Below are positions 40,004-53,247 of a stretch of DNA of 63,495 nucleotides, piece by piece. A program made the position numbers and the translations under genes. The DNA comes from Octopus bimaculoides (taxonomy: Eukaryota): positions 12,281,999 through 12,345,493 of the forward strand of contig NC_068989.1 of the NCBI RefSeq assembly GCF_001194135.2. Direction: 5' to 3'. Position 1 is the first letter of the stretch. Each line of letters opens with the position of its first letter. Below the pieces are notes generated by a model. That model searched no databases and was not told where the DNA came from. It worked only from the letters and a program-made list of their open reading frames with translations.

Positions 40004-40127
40004 TATATTATATATGTAAACACTGCAAATAAATATCAGACTAAGGATTAGTTTGTGTAAATTATTCGTCCGTTGTGTGTGTGTATATACATACACACCC
40101 ACACCCACACCCACACACATACACACA

Positions 40128-40170
<43 letters not shown>

Positions 40171-40358
40171 TTTCTCTTAGTTAACAATTAACTCTGACGA
40201 AATAAATTGGTTAATAGTTACCAGGGTAGCAAAGTTCACAAGATAACTTTGGTGTAACTTCTGTTTACTAGGTAGAAACTCCCTGTTAATTTGAGGTATT
40301 TTGAATAAATATAAGATTAAGTAAATGAAGTTATACGCATATGTTAAATGATTTCTTT

Positions 40359-40450
40359 TATTTCCGACATATGTTTCGAAGATTACAATTGGTTCATTCT
40401 AAAGGAATGAGTGATGTTGAGAAAGATGTAATCTTCTCTTCAGGGAAATA
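40359..40450 (-). ncRNA. Type I hammerhead ribozyme, complete core
   Basis: The minus strand reads UAUUUCC-CUGAAGA-GAAGAUUACA-[39 nt loop]-UGUAAUCUUC-GAAA-CAUAUG-UC-GGAAAUA. Stem I is 7 bp and perfect, stem II is 10 bp and perfect. CUGANGA and GAAA cores are intact. Stem III is the palindrome ACAUAUGU and the cleavage triplet is GUC (predicted cut between 40366 and 40365). Confidence 0.88.
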
Positions 40451-42435
40451 CATAAAAATCACTTCAACCGTAAGAAATTATTACCGAATGTGACAACTGC
40501 GAGTAGAGAAGAATGCTACATAGCTTATTTGAAAAAAACCATTGGAAAATGCAATGCTACGAGACAGTACGTTAGACGAGGAAGGAAGAAAAGGAGGAAA
40601 AAAGATTCTATTCACTTTCCACTCCAGATTCTAATTTTCTCTTTTTTCCTCCTTTTCTTTCTTTATCGATACATCCCACACATGCAAAAGACAGAATGGC
40701 CACTACTGGAACGCCTCTGATTATAGCTTGATGCTATTCAACGTCTAACAACAGCAACAACCGTGTTGAAGAACCGTTTTTGGCCCCTTCATAAAATAGT
40801 TGTTAACTGAATGTACAGAGAATGAGACATATCTATTAGTCAAGGTTGCGCATTTTCATCATATTTTATTTTAACTTCTTAATTAATAGTTACTGCTCTG
40901 ACTCATTAGTATGCCAATATAGTTAATATAAGCTTCAAAGTTATTACTTTCGTTAGTCAATTTGCATCGAGTTAGGTGAACATCGGTTTGACTACACATT
41001 AGCTAATTCTATTGAGTGATCAATTATAACAAGTTTAGTTTCGTTTAATTAAGGTTCTGTGCAAAACTACTGGACAATCTGTAAGCCAGTTACTGTAATT
41101 ACAGCAAACTAATATAAACAATGTCACATCAGAAGACCCACCGCTTATATTCATTAATTTTTCAGTAGGCACGACTGTATATTAGCATATCTGCATAAAT
41201 GTACTTGTCCGTAACTTCTGATTATAAATCCGTCCGTTTTCCACATCTCTCTGTTTATCTTGTTGCATTTCTCTATCGCTTTCCCTCTTTCTATGTATAT
41301 ATATCTTTCTATGTATATATATCCATGCAGTATACATGCGTATACATACGTATACATACATACATACATACATACATAGATACATACATACGTACANNNN
41401 NNNNNNNNNNNNNNNNNNNNNNNNNNNNNNNNNNNNNNNNNNNNNNNNNNNNNNNNNNNNNNNNNNNNNNNNNNNNNNNNNNNNNNNNNNNNNNNNNNNN
41501 NNNNNNNNNNNNNNNNNNNNNNNNNNNNNNNNNNNNNNNNNNNNNNNNNNNNNNNNNNNNNNNNNNNNNNNNNNNNNNNNNNNNNNNNNNNNNNNNNNNN
41601 NNNNNNNNNNNNNNNNNNNNNNNNNNNNNNNNNNNNNNNNNNNNNNNNNNNNNNNNNNNNNNNNNNNNNNNNNNNNNNNNNNNNNNNNNNNNNNNNNNNN
41701 NNNNNNNNNNNNNNNNNNNNNNNNNNNNNNNNNNNNNNNNNNNNNNNNNNNNNNNNNNNNNNNNNNNNNNNNNNNNNNNNNNNNNNNNNNNNNNNNNNNN
41801 NNNNNNNNNNNNNNNNNNNNNNNNNNNNNNNNNNNNNNNNNNNNNNNNNNNNNNNNNNNNNNNNNNNNNNNNNNNNNNNNNNNNNNNNNNNNNNNTATAT
41901 ATGTATATGCACGCACGACTAAGGTTATTGAAATACCAGTTGAAGAATCCTATTCGCTCAAACGTAATGTAAATTTTACAAAATTATTTGCAAATTAATT
42001 AAAATGAATTTCTATATATTGATTTTCTGAAGAACTTCGACTATAAGAAATAAAAAAAAGTATAACAGTTTAATGAACAATCAGCTCCATCTCATGATAT
42101 ATTCTCTTGCATAATATTCTAATTAAACGAAATCGACTTAAATCTTATATTTATATTTTTCAGCAAGCAGTAACGACTATTATGGACAAACACTAACTAT
42201 TGTTCAGGTTTCCTTGCTGAAAGATTTAAATTCGTTATTCCTAATTCGTACACTCGGAATTTAGTCGTATGTGCTATTGAATCGACTGTAAGAATAACTA
42301 ATTCGTATTAATATATAGATACATATAAACGTACATATACACGAATATATATATGTTCGTATATGTGTACATTATATATATATAAGAGGGTTGACCACCC
42401 ACTAAGTGGACATCCGTTTTGCTAGAAGAAGACCA

Positions 42436-42527
42436 CCTATGGTCTGACCACTAAGAAAAGATTGTTCTCAAAAACATTCAGCTGAATTTTCTTGAGAACA
42501 ATCTTTTCTTAGTGGTCAGACCTTAGG
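42436..42527. repeat. 92 bp near-perfect palindrome
   Basis: Centred between 42481 and 42482, with no loop and 3 mismatched pairs. It includes a perfect 31 bp arm GGTCTGACCACTAAGAAAAGATTGTTCTCAA. Confidence 0.9.
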
Positions 42528-42537
42528 NNNNNNNNNN

Positions 42538-42575
<38 letters not shown>

Positions 42576-44143
42576 AATGTATATATGTATGTACATATGT
42601 ATGTATTGTACGAAAGATGCCGTATCAATTTATTTTTCTTGGTTTGTGGAATACCCTTCATACTAGGGCTTGAGAGATGCCTTTTTTCCTGGGCCTAAAT
42701 GAATTATTTGCAAACTTGGAGTAGCAAGTTTGATTTCAGAACATGAAAACATCTTACGATGCGTTCTATTGACTCTGTCGATCCATGACGCCATAATAAT
42801 TTCATTGTGTTATTACATAGAAGCAAAGGTCTGATCTTTCGGAGAAGCAAACCGTCAACTCTGATATGCAGTTGATATTATAATATATTAACTTCGGAAA
42901 GATAAAAGACAATTTAAGCTTCAGCTGGTTTTGAACGCAGAATGTAAAAAAAAAAAAGAAAAAAAATTTTAAAGAACAGAATAATTATGTTTATACGTAT
43001 CCTGTCGTGATCTTAGACAGACACTTGACTGAAGGTATCCCTTCGCTACTTTTCACAACCCTATCTCGAGTTCCTGGCCTGGAGTGGTACTTCCTCTGGA
43101 CCAAAAGCTGTTACTTAGCTGTTGTATTTTTTGCTGTCCGACTCCATGCCTTCGCTGGCTGTGAATGGAAAATGGGACGATTTCATCTCATGGCCCTCCC
43201 CTGGGAATGTGAATGGGGTAATTTCCTGTACCGATTTAGATGTGCATGGTGTCATCTTCGGATTGAAAGCCATCATAATATTCGGTTCTGACTTCAATAT
43301 TTTGAATTTTATGTGCAGAAATCTTTTAAATTAGATTTGCTTCCACATATGTGAGAGCTGTGCCGTATAATCTGGGTGATGAACATTCGGATGTTCCTCT
43401 CATCAGCCTCTACAGTTCTAGTATTGCTTTATGCTCTCGCATAGTCATTTCAATCATGACCCCAGTCGACCACGTATCGTCAAAAGTTATTTTCTGCACC
43501 TAACATTGCATCACGAAACTAAATACAGGCTACACCTCCGCATGGTCATCTATGTGCCTGAATGTGAAATTTGTTATCCTAAATTATGTGGAACTATCTT
43601 AGGACCAGCTGTAGAGTATATTATTTGGCGTATACTTTTTCACCCCGTCATATCTAATTTTGTAGCATATAATTTGTAAGAGATTTCAATATTCAATTTA
43701 AGAAGTCACACGAATACGACAGGACATCCGTCTTGTCATTTATTCCACGTGGTTTCTCGTCCTATCATAAAGGGGTGGCAATATGTTAAAATTCCGAGGC
43801 TATTATTGGTTTCAATTGAGTGCAAGATTTGAAACTGAACTGAAGAGAATTCACTTGGAATAAATGTGTATTATGAAACATCATAATCCAGATGATTAAC
43901 ATAATAGAAAGGAAGTTAAGCAACTTAATGCAGAAATAAGGAATTGTACTTCATATGTTTATTAAGCATAACTAATGACTTTAATGATTAGATAACCGAT
44001 ATCATTCTATACGCTAGTTTGAGTCAGTAAATACGTTGAAGATTATTTCAAGGATATGTTGGATCTTGGATTGATAAAATCAATAACTCGTTGACATAGT
44101 GCAACTAAATGTCAAATGAAAACAATATTTCTGCAACAATCAG

Positions 44144-44185
<42 letters not shown>

Positions 44186-45268
44186 NNNNNNNNNNNNNNN
44201 NNNNNNNNNNNNNNNNNNNNNNNNNNNNNNNNNNNNNNNNNNNNNNNNNNNNNNNNNNNNNNNNNNNNNNNNNNNNNNNNNNNNNNNNNNNNNNNNNNNN
44301 NNNNNNNNNNNNNNNNNNNNNNNNNNNNNNNNNNNNNNNNNNNNNNNNNNNNNNNNNNNNNNNNNNNNNNNNNNNNNNNNNNNNNNNNNNNNNNNNNNNN
44401 NNNNNNNNNNNNNNNNNNNNNNNNNNNNNNNNNNNNNNNNNNNNNNNNNNNNNNNNNNNNNNNNNNNNNNNNNNNNNNNNNNNNNNNNNNNNNNNNNNNN
44501 NNNNNNNNNNNNNNNNNNNNNNNNNNNNNNNNNNNNNNNNNNNNNNNNNNNNNNNNNNNNNNNNNNNNNNNNNNNNNNNNNNNNNNNNNNNNNNNNNNNN
44601 NNNNNNNNNNNNNNNNNNNNNNNNNNNNNNNNNNNNNNNNNNNNNNNNNNNNNNNNNNNNNNNNNNNNNNNNNNNNNNNNNNNNNNNNNNNNNNNNNNNN
44701 NNNNNNNNNNNNNNNNNNNNNNNNNNNNNNNNNNNNNNNNNNNNNNNNNNNNNNNNNNNNNNNNNNNNNNNNNNNNNNNNNNNNNNNNNNNNNNNNNNNN
44801 NNNNNNNNNNNNNNNNNNNNNNNNNNNNNNNNNNNNNNNNNNNNNNNNNNNNNNNNNNNNNNNNNNNNNNNNNNNNNNNNNNNNNNNNTATATATATATA
44901 TATATATATTGGGACATCCCATAAATAACGCGGTCTTTTCAATTGCATGAGCTAAAAGTCGGAGGGGGACGGAATACACTACTTGCATCAACTTGCTATA
45001 AAAGCATGTAGCAGTTTTACCTCAAATAAGGCCTAGTGCTCCCATCTCTAGCCAACGGTTACCCTGTGCCAATGGAGAGAAATTACCCAAAAACCATGGT
45101 CTGCAGGTACCATTTAAGGCTGAGTGGGGACATTAGCTTCCTTGTTTGAGATATAAATATGCAGTTGTAGGTCGGTAGTCAGCTGGAAAAGATGTTTTCC
45201 TAGGGCTAGAAAAGGGAGTGACATCTTCCTAACCAAGATCATTAATCTACGTTGGGAAATAGATTTTA

Positions 45269-45338
<70 letters not shown>

Positions 45339-46320
45339 ATATATATATTAATATATGTAATTATACGCCACACACATACATTCATGTAAATGTCAATACA
45401 ATATTTGTGATGTGAAGGAATATTCACATACTGTAAACTATCTCGATAATCTAGGACGATCACGATAAAATATGATTAAATTAATCCTTCTAGTATTGGC
45501 CTCAATTCATATCATCTATTTATGAAAAAACATTGCATTCAAGAGAACAAGAAAACAATGAACCTGACCTTAATCTCTTCGCTGTGATCTTGAAGTTGTT
45601 ACGTTATTGTAAGCCTCACGATTTTCATATAGTTATCGTTGGTGTGTTTATGTCGAATAAAGCATTAAGTCTTAAAACAAATATTTCTGTAAACCAGGTC
45701 TCTGTTGATTGCAATCGGTATTCTTCACATCATGATTTCTCCTTAATTAAGAAAAGGGATTGTATTTTCAAAATGAATTTCTTTAATTAATCTCATTTCG
45801 AATCATTTTCTTTTGTACCTTATGAAGAATTGCTTTTCCCGTCCTCTTCAGATTTTTTTTATAACTTCTTTCACATTTTTCTTTCAATTATCCCGGATAC
45901 AGTTTTCAAAAGAATCAAAATAGCATTGCAAGAAATTTCTTCTGTTTGGATCAAGAGAAATATTACAAGATCTTTCTTGGAACCATATTAGAACTCCTAT
46001 CCAATATAGAGGATTAACACTTTCTTTCGAAATGTGATAATTCCAGCAGAGATCCTTGAAAAGGAGGAGCAAGTGAGGAAAAAAAAAAAAAAACTTCCTC
46101 CATTCGCTACTTTTTCTCCTTTAATAAAATCCATTCTATGGTTTAATTAATTCTCGGTTGCAAATGTATTAATAAAAATGCAAGATAGAAAGTAAATTAA
46201 AGAAAAGTTTGATGGAAAATCCTTTGTAATTGTTTTTCTCCGTGTGATTTCACTTTGATGTATTCTGCAAACGAAATAAAACTTAACCATGAAATGCAAT
46301 AACAACAAGCTTAATACATA

Positions 46321-46526
46321 CTCTTCTTCTTCTTCTTCTTCTTCTTCTTCTTCTTCTTCTTCTTCTTCTTCTTCTTCTTCTTCTTCTTCTTCTTCTTCTT
46401 CTTCTTCTTCTTCTTCTTCTTCTTCTTCTTCTTCTTCTTCTTCTTCTTCTTCTTCTTCTTCTTCTTCTTCTTCTTCTTCTTCTTCTTCTTCTTCTTCTTC
46501 TTCTTCTTCTTCTTCTTCTTCTTCTT
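46321..46526. repeat. Pure (TCT)n microsatellite, ~205 bp
   Basis: Read directly. It accounts for the poly-Ser and poly-Arg ORFs. Confidence 0.97.
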
Positions 46527-47971
46527 TTTATTATTGCCAGCAATAAAATGGAATGAAACATGATTACGAAATGTTTTCTATCAATATGATTTTGAAAGAA
46601 ATTTATATTTTTCATTTTCTCTTCCCGAAATACTTTTGTAGCACCTTTAATGACCAAAGGGTTAACACTAACACAAGTTATTAAAACTGGCAGCCATGTT
46701 ATGAAAAATACAAAACGAAAATTGAAAAGAAGCAAAATGAATAAATATATAAAAGGAAAAATAAAGTACAGACGTTAACTTTGGAGGAAACAGAATGGTT
46801 GCTACAATAGGAATAAGGATTTTTATTAGTCTGTTTCTTCTTTAGTTTTCTATTTTGTTCATAATTTATCAATTTTTGCAAATTCATAGTTTGGCGGAAA
46901 ATGTTCCGCCTGTAAGGTTTATTCGTGTAGAAAACAAAGATTGAAATCACGTTAATACAAAAACGAATAAAGCATGAAATACTTTTAAAGCAAGCATAGT
47001 GAGAAAATATGAATATTGTGAGAGAAAATGCGAAGAAATGAATAGAAAATTGATGACTTCAAAACCAGAAATTTGAATGTATCGTGTCAGTCATCGCGAA
47101 CTAATGTCTCTCATTTTCGTTAATTTTTACACCGAACAAACCAAGAGTATTGCCCTTGTTTCTGATAAAATTAACTGTGTAATAAAACGTCCATGGGATT
47201 ATGAGGTGATTAATTTGCTGTAGAGTTTAAGGCTCTCTGTCAGTGAAAAATTTCTAACTAGAATTACTTTTTAAAACTCGTTATCAATCCCTAATATCAT
47301 TCCATTTTCACAAATATTAAAAAAAAAAAATAGTTAAAAACGAAACGGCCGAGCGTGTTAGGATATGTTGTCTATGGATAGGATGGTGAGTTTCTAAAGT
47401 AATTCATCTCATCGTAGAATTCCATTTATTTAGTTTTAGATCGAACATATCTCCTTGTGATTAAACATAATAGATTATTTTAATTTGTTTGATTCTAGAA
47501 GTGAAAAATAGTGTATGAACGGGCGCGGGTGTGTGAATGTGTGTGTATACACCTTTGTACTTGCTTTTGTTTCTCTGAGTATCTGCTTGCATCTTATTTC
47601 CAGCGATTCTCTACACTCTCGCTACACCTGCTGGAAATAGCAGCCACGATTCACTGAAATTGTATCCTTCAGTAGTAATGGTGGCATGATATATAAAATA
47701 GCAGGCTGATCATGGCTGGAACGATTGTGATCATAGATTTTCTTGAGCTGACCTGTCGAGCAAAGTAATGCAGAATTCGCAGATTCTACTTCTTAAAATA
47801 GATATTTTCATTACATAGATACATATTTAAAACGATAAGTAGAGTCGGCAAAAGAAGGTTCAGAACCCCTCAATGATGCGGATCGCGAAGATGATAAATA
47901 ATCGCAGATGATGTCCACCCAGATCATATATAGTTGAATGTTTTGAGATTAAAATTATATATATACATATA

Positions 47972-48138
47972 TACGACGGGTTTCTTTCAGTTTCCGTTTA
48001 CCATATCCACTCACAAGTCTTTGGTTGGCCCGAAGCTATAGTAGAAGACACTTGCCCAAGGTGCTACGTAGTGGGGACTGAACCCAGAACCATGTGGTTG
48101 GTAAGCAAGCTACTTACCACACAGCCTCTCCTGCGCCT
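47972..48138 (-). mobile_element. SINE family B 5' half
   Basis: Head and CORE-like part up to the microsatellite, with (TA)n on both sides. Confidence 0.85.
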
Positions 48139-48153
48139 GCGTATATGTATATG

Positions 48154-48212
<59 letters not shown>

Positions 48213-48754
48213 ATACGATATATGTGTATGTCGTTTGTCTGCATATATGCTTGTACATATATGGAATCTTGAAAACATTCCTTTCTGTATCTATTTTGCA
48301 TAGAATAATGCATGCGTTTCATGAAGGTAGTTCAGTTTTGATTATATTAAGATGCGCCGTTGACGTAGCTGTAATGTGCATACAAATCTTACATTCATAC
48401 ATGCATACCAACATTGCATACTTCTACTCACATTCATATACATAAGCAGACTTGTATATGTGTAAATATGTACTTAGAAATTGCTACAGTGATTAGAGAA
48501 ATTATTTGCTCATGATTAACACCGTTGACGTCTACCAAAATTTATTGAAGAAAGATTAATGTATACAAAAATAACGTTTACATTAACATAGCATTGATTA
48601 CGTCTGTTTACATACCGTACTAACCTTACTAACCTCCATCATATGTAATTAGTTATGAAGCGCCATTGCTTTGAACCAATATTTCCGTTGCTTTTATAAT
48701 GTATAATATCGTAATCATATTTGCAGTTGGTAATATTTCTCTCGAGAACATTTC

Positions 48755-48881
<127 letters not shown>

Positions 48882-48911
48882 CACTAGCAGAGGAAGCGGT
48901 GGAAGATAGAT

Positions 48912-48947
<36 letters not shown>

Positions 48948-49419
48948 GCATATGTGTACACACACACACACAAACATACACATATATATGTATTTGTATT
49001 TGTATATCTATACATAAGATGCATGTGTAAGTTCATATATGTTTACAATAATTGTTTGAGGATAAGAGTTCATTTATTAGATTGGCAGTAATACGAAACT
49101 AGAGATGATGCGGTATAATTAATATATTTCATGTAAACATTTCGGTTGGTCATTCAGGCGGAAATTCAATCACACGTGGTATATTGAGATCAAGTCAGTC
49201 AGTTAGCATCCGCCTTTCTTGAGGCTAAATGCACAACGTAGCGTTTATTAGAGTTAATTAATGTCAATTAATTATTAATATACTGAAATGAAGCGGTCAT
49301 TTTTTAATTATTTATTGAGGTGTTAAAAATATGCAGTATAGATATCTACTTAAATTAGGTATATACATAGGCGCATCAAAGTACTAAACACTTGAGGTTA
49401 TATTTCTGATATCATTCAA

Positions 49420-49458
49420 TCGGTGGCATATGGTCGGTGGCATATGGTCGGTGGCATA
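49420..49458 (+). repeat. 14 bp tandem repeat x2.8
   Basis: TCGGTGGCATATGG. Confidence 0.9.
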
Positions 49459-50747
49459 CGCTTTATTTAAACTTCCATCTCCATCCAGATTCATTCACGT
49501 CGATGACATTTAAAGAATATACATATGATCAGAGGTATATGTTTGACTAAAATCCCTAAAGGTATCGCATCAACATGGCTGCAGTCCAATGACTGAAACA
49601 AAGAAAGCAAAAGTTTAAAAATTGCAATGCAATTAGAGCATTACCTGATAAGATTTAGTCTATATATCGTTGGCAGGCAGATATGTCTCGTATACGTTGC
49701 TCGATGCCTGCTGCTGATAAAATCGCAGTCCCAGTGACTCTATTAGAGAAGTCTCGTTTGCTTGAATTCCAGTTTTTTTACGCACCATAAATCTATATGA
49801 GGGAATATCTCGATGTATTTCGCAGTATTTAGCCCTCTAATAATATATCCATAGTTAAAGGATATGAAGATTGTTTTGTTTTGGCATTAATACTGTTTCT
49901 GTTGCCAATATTTATTTTCTTATTAGCCTGCTGTCTATCTGTGACATCAGTCACTGGAAAGTCACTGTTATTCTATATGTCATTAGCAGTGAGATGTGGC
50001 CGCTATGCAGTGATCCATGCCTGTCACTAAAGTATAGTACGTTGAAATCCAGTGACCTAGCAGTTCCGGTGCTAGTAACAGACGGTTCTCGTCTATTATG
50101 ATATATGTCAGTGCTTTTAAGCACCGTGCATCTATATGAAAGGATCTTTCAGGCGAATACAACAGTATTTGAAACTACTTTGATAATATATCCCCGTTAA
50201 GGAGGATATAACTATTGCCATTTGATATATAGAAATTTATGTTTTCAGAGACTTTTAGCCGTATGGTAAAAAATGTAGATTATGAAATAGAAAAAAATTA
50301 AATTACAGAGATTGTAAATGAATTACATAAAAGTTAATCTGGTAATTCAATATATATATATAGAGAGAAAAGTCTTCATAATGGATAGGTGATACATTTC
50401 TAGATCAAACAATTCTTGTACTAATAAAAAAAAATTTGGACAGTTTCGGTGAATGAAAAATGGCGGCAACAAGATAATAACTATCTAGCTGACACTAATA
50501 TTTTATTGTCTGAACAGAGAGACCGGTAATTTTAATATCACTACCAAACAGAAACAACCTCAGTAATCATCATATCTCAGTAGCATATATTGCGAGAGTG
50601 GAGACGGGACTTAGTAGCTGTGTGCGACTCTGAATTATTATCTTAGCAGAAATATAGCTTAATCAAAAGAAAAAAAATGATAATCAAAGAACAATCTTTT
50701 TGGATCTTTATTGGTTCTGTGCAAAACTAAGATCGTTTTCATGTATG

Positions 50748-50777
<30 letters not shown>

Positions 50778-50778
<1 letters not shown>

Positions 50779-51420
50779 TATTTACTTTCAACCTGCATGT
50801 TTGTTACAATCACTCGCCGAAACATAACCAGCGTCCTAGGGCGAGTGAAAGATAAGAGATGTTACATAATGACTGAAAGCTCGAGGAGGGCAAGTTTCAG
50901 GGGCAGTATCGAAATATCTTCATGTAATACAACACATACATTTAAATGATAGGGTTTTTCTAAGGATGTGTGCAGTACTTGTCAGCAAAGCTTTTCGATT
51001 CCTCTGAGGCATGGTTCTCCTGGGATATTATCTAGATGTTACCGACATGCCTTTCTTTTACCAAGGGCACCCACATAACAGGAACAGTTCTTGCTTTAAG
51101 ATTCTGCACCTTTACATTTCTATTTCCGGGTCCTTATATTTACTTAATTTGTCAAATTCTATTACAGATATATGTTTTATCTGTGGGAACACTTACATCT
51201 ATATGTCTACAAGTATTTTCACTGTCTTTAATGACTATGTCTGGCCGATTATCCTGAATCGTCCTGTAGGTGCTGACTGGAAAATCGCAAAGGATAGTGA
51301 CATTTTTACCTTCAACGACTGGCCCAGGATGATGTTCCTACCAGATTTTTCTATTCGTTTGGTGTCAACGCAGGACTTCCCAAGACGAGATGGTCTCTTG
51401 TTTCATCAAACTTATCAAAT
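50778..51420 (-). mobile_element. R4/Dong 3' end (CCHC remnant, RLE, 3' UTR), (TACA)n tail
   Basis: Minus strand: KFDETRDHLVLGSPALTPNE...VEGKNVTILCDFPV..TIQDNRPDIVIKD...IDVSVPTDK...EFDKLSKYKDPEIE...TSTAHILRKTLSF. The 3' UTR ends in AAATAA-TACATACATAC. Confidence 0.82.
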
Positions 51421-51514
51421 TTATTATTATTATTGTTATTGTTGTTGCTGTTGTTGTTATTATTATTATTATTGTTGTTGTTGTTATTGTTGTTGTTGTT
51501 GTTGTTGTTGTTGT

Positions 51515-51640
51515 CGCTGTTGTGTGAGAGAGCAGTGCATGCCATCAAAGTGACACTTGGGTACAAATATACGAAGCCCAGTATACCCATCATCACTACT
51601 CGTCTGATAAGGGTACACCAGACACATGCATCACAACCGT
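51515..51640 (-). mobile_element. 3' end of a retroposon with (AAC/AAT)n tail
   Basis: A non-simple 125 bp segment ends (minus strand) in CACTGCTCTCTCACACAACAGCGACAACAAC, running into the microsatellite at 51421-51515. Family not assigned. Confidence 0.4.
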
Positions 51641-51784
51641 GTGGACCCGAGCAGAACAGCAACGATTTCAAGCAGCGAAGCAGCACTACAAGCGATTGAT
51701 CCCTTCAGTAGAGTGGTGAACCAAATATTCATGAATCACAATCACTTGTTTCAGTGATTGAATTTTGGTCGCCGTAATTTGCTT

Positions 51785-52075
51785 CCTCGAAGGATTTAGA
51801 CAAAAAAATAGATCCGAGTATTTATTTTCAAGTCTAGTGCTTATTGTATTGTCGTGGTTTGTCGAACTGCTAATCTATAGGGACGTAAATAAGCCTACAT
51901 TGTTTACAAGCTGTGGGGGATTAATAGAGAAATGCATATTCATACACACGACGTATACAAATATATTCATACATTCACAAACACATATGAATATATGCGG
52001 GGCGGGCTTCCACATAGATTCCGTCAAGCGAATGTACTCGCAAGGTTTTGGTAAGCCCGGAAGTAGAGTACAAGT
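51785..52075 (-). mobile_element. SINE family B, old diverged copy
   Basis: CTAGTGCTTATT..GTCGAACTGCTAA..GGACGTAAA...GGGCTTCC..AG.TTCCGTC..CAAGG.TTTGGT. Confidence 0.6.
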
Positions 52076-52492
52076 TGTACACATCTTGTACGATATTCTA
52101 ACTATTCTGTCAAGCTATCTCGATCAACCGCTATAATGATGATATTAATTTTCACTTGGAAGATTCGAGATTGCTTCTAAAATGAACCTTTTGGGGGATT
52201 TGATCGCAGAAGATAATTCATGCTATTTGATAATTCATGCTAAACTCACGCTATAATTCATGCACCAGGCAAATTCAATTTGCCTGGTGCTGAACCAAAC
52301 CATCCACCGTTTAATCGCTTGTATATTTTATAAAATATACAATATCCCGCAATAGAGAATGCAACGTGTATTTATTTTCTATCCGCTAATGTATAAATCG
52401 ATCAGAACATTGAGCTGACTTCAATTCACAACTATAAATATAAGTATTTAAATGTTTAATGAAACGTAATAAATTACAGCAAAGAATGTATA

Positions 52493-52493
52493 C

Positions 52494-52560
<67 letters not shown>
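52493..52560. repeat. (AAT)n microsatellite
   Basis: Read directly. Confidence 0.95.
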
Positions 52561-52564
<4 letters not shown>

Positions 52565-52867
52565 CTGTACGTTACTAGAATTTTAATTTGTAAGAGAACA
52601 AGTTTGGTATATTGATACATTAGCAAATGTAATTACATTAGAACTCTATAACATACTACGGTAAAAACTCAAATCAGACATTCCGGCACCTGGACTAGTA
52701 ATTAAAAAAATATTATGCAAACGAATGCAGCATATTTACAGCTGCCAACTAAAAGATGCAACCAGTGAAAGCTACAAAACAAAATAGGAATGTTTTCGAG
52801 TAGTATGACTTTTACGTAGGAAATAAATTTGTCATTTACCTTGAGTATAAGGAAAATATCATATTTG

Positions 52868-53247
52868 TAGGCACTCCGTCGCTTACGACGTCGAGGGTTC
52901 CAGCTGATCCGATCAACGGAACAGTCTGCTCCTGAAATTAACGTGCAAGTGACTGAGCACTCCACAGACACGTGTACCCTTAACGTAGTTCTCGGGGATA
53001 TTCAGCGTGACACAGTGTGACAAGGCTGACCTTTTGAATTACAGGCATAACAGAAACAGGAAGTAAGAGTGAGAGAAAGAGGTGGTGAAAGAGTACAGCA
53101 GGGTTGACCACCATCCCCTGCCGGAGCCTTGTGGAGCTTTAGGAGTTTTCGCTCAATAAACACTCACAACGCCCGGTCTGGGAATCGAAACCGCGATCCT
53201 ATGACCGCGAGTCCGCTTCCCTAACCACTGGGCCATTGCGCCTCCAC
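52868..53247 (-). mobile_element. SINE family C, full length
   Basis: Highly similar to 12216-12597 along its whole length. Confidence 0.92.

Noticed and set aside
43375-43412. Minus-strand CTGATGAGAGGAACATCCGAATG as a hammerhead
   Set aside because: It has GAAU instead of GAAA, and stem I does not form.
43000-43700. GC-richer non-simple region with protein-like stretches (IQQLSNSFWSR, faintly BEL-integrase-like)
   Set aside because: All frames are interrupted and the motif match is too short to assign.
44905-45000. TA-TTGGGACATCCCATAAATAACGCGG resembling a mariner terminal repeat
   Set aside because: No matching opposite terminus was found in the window.
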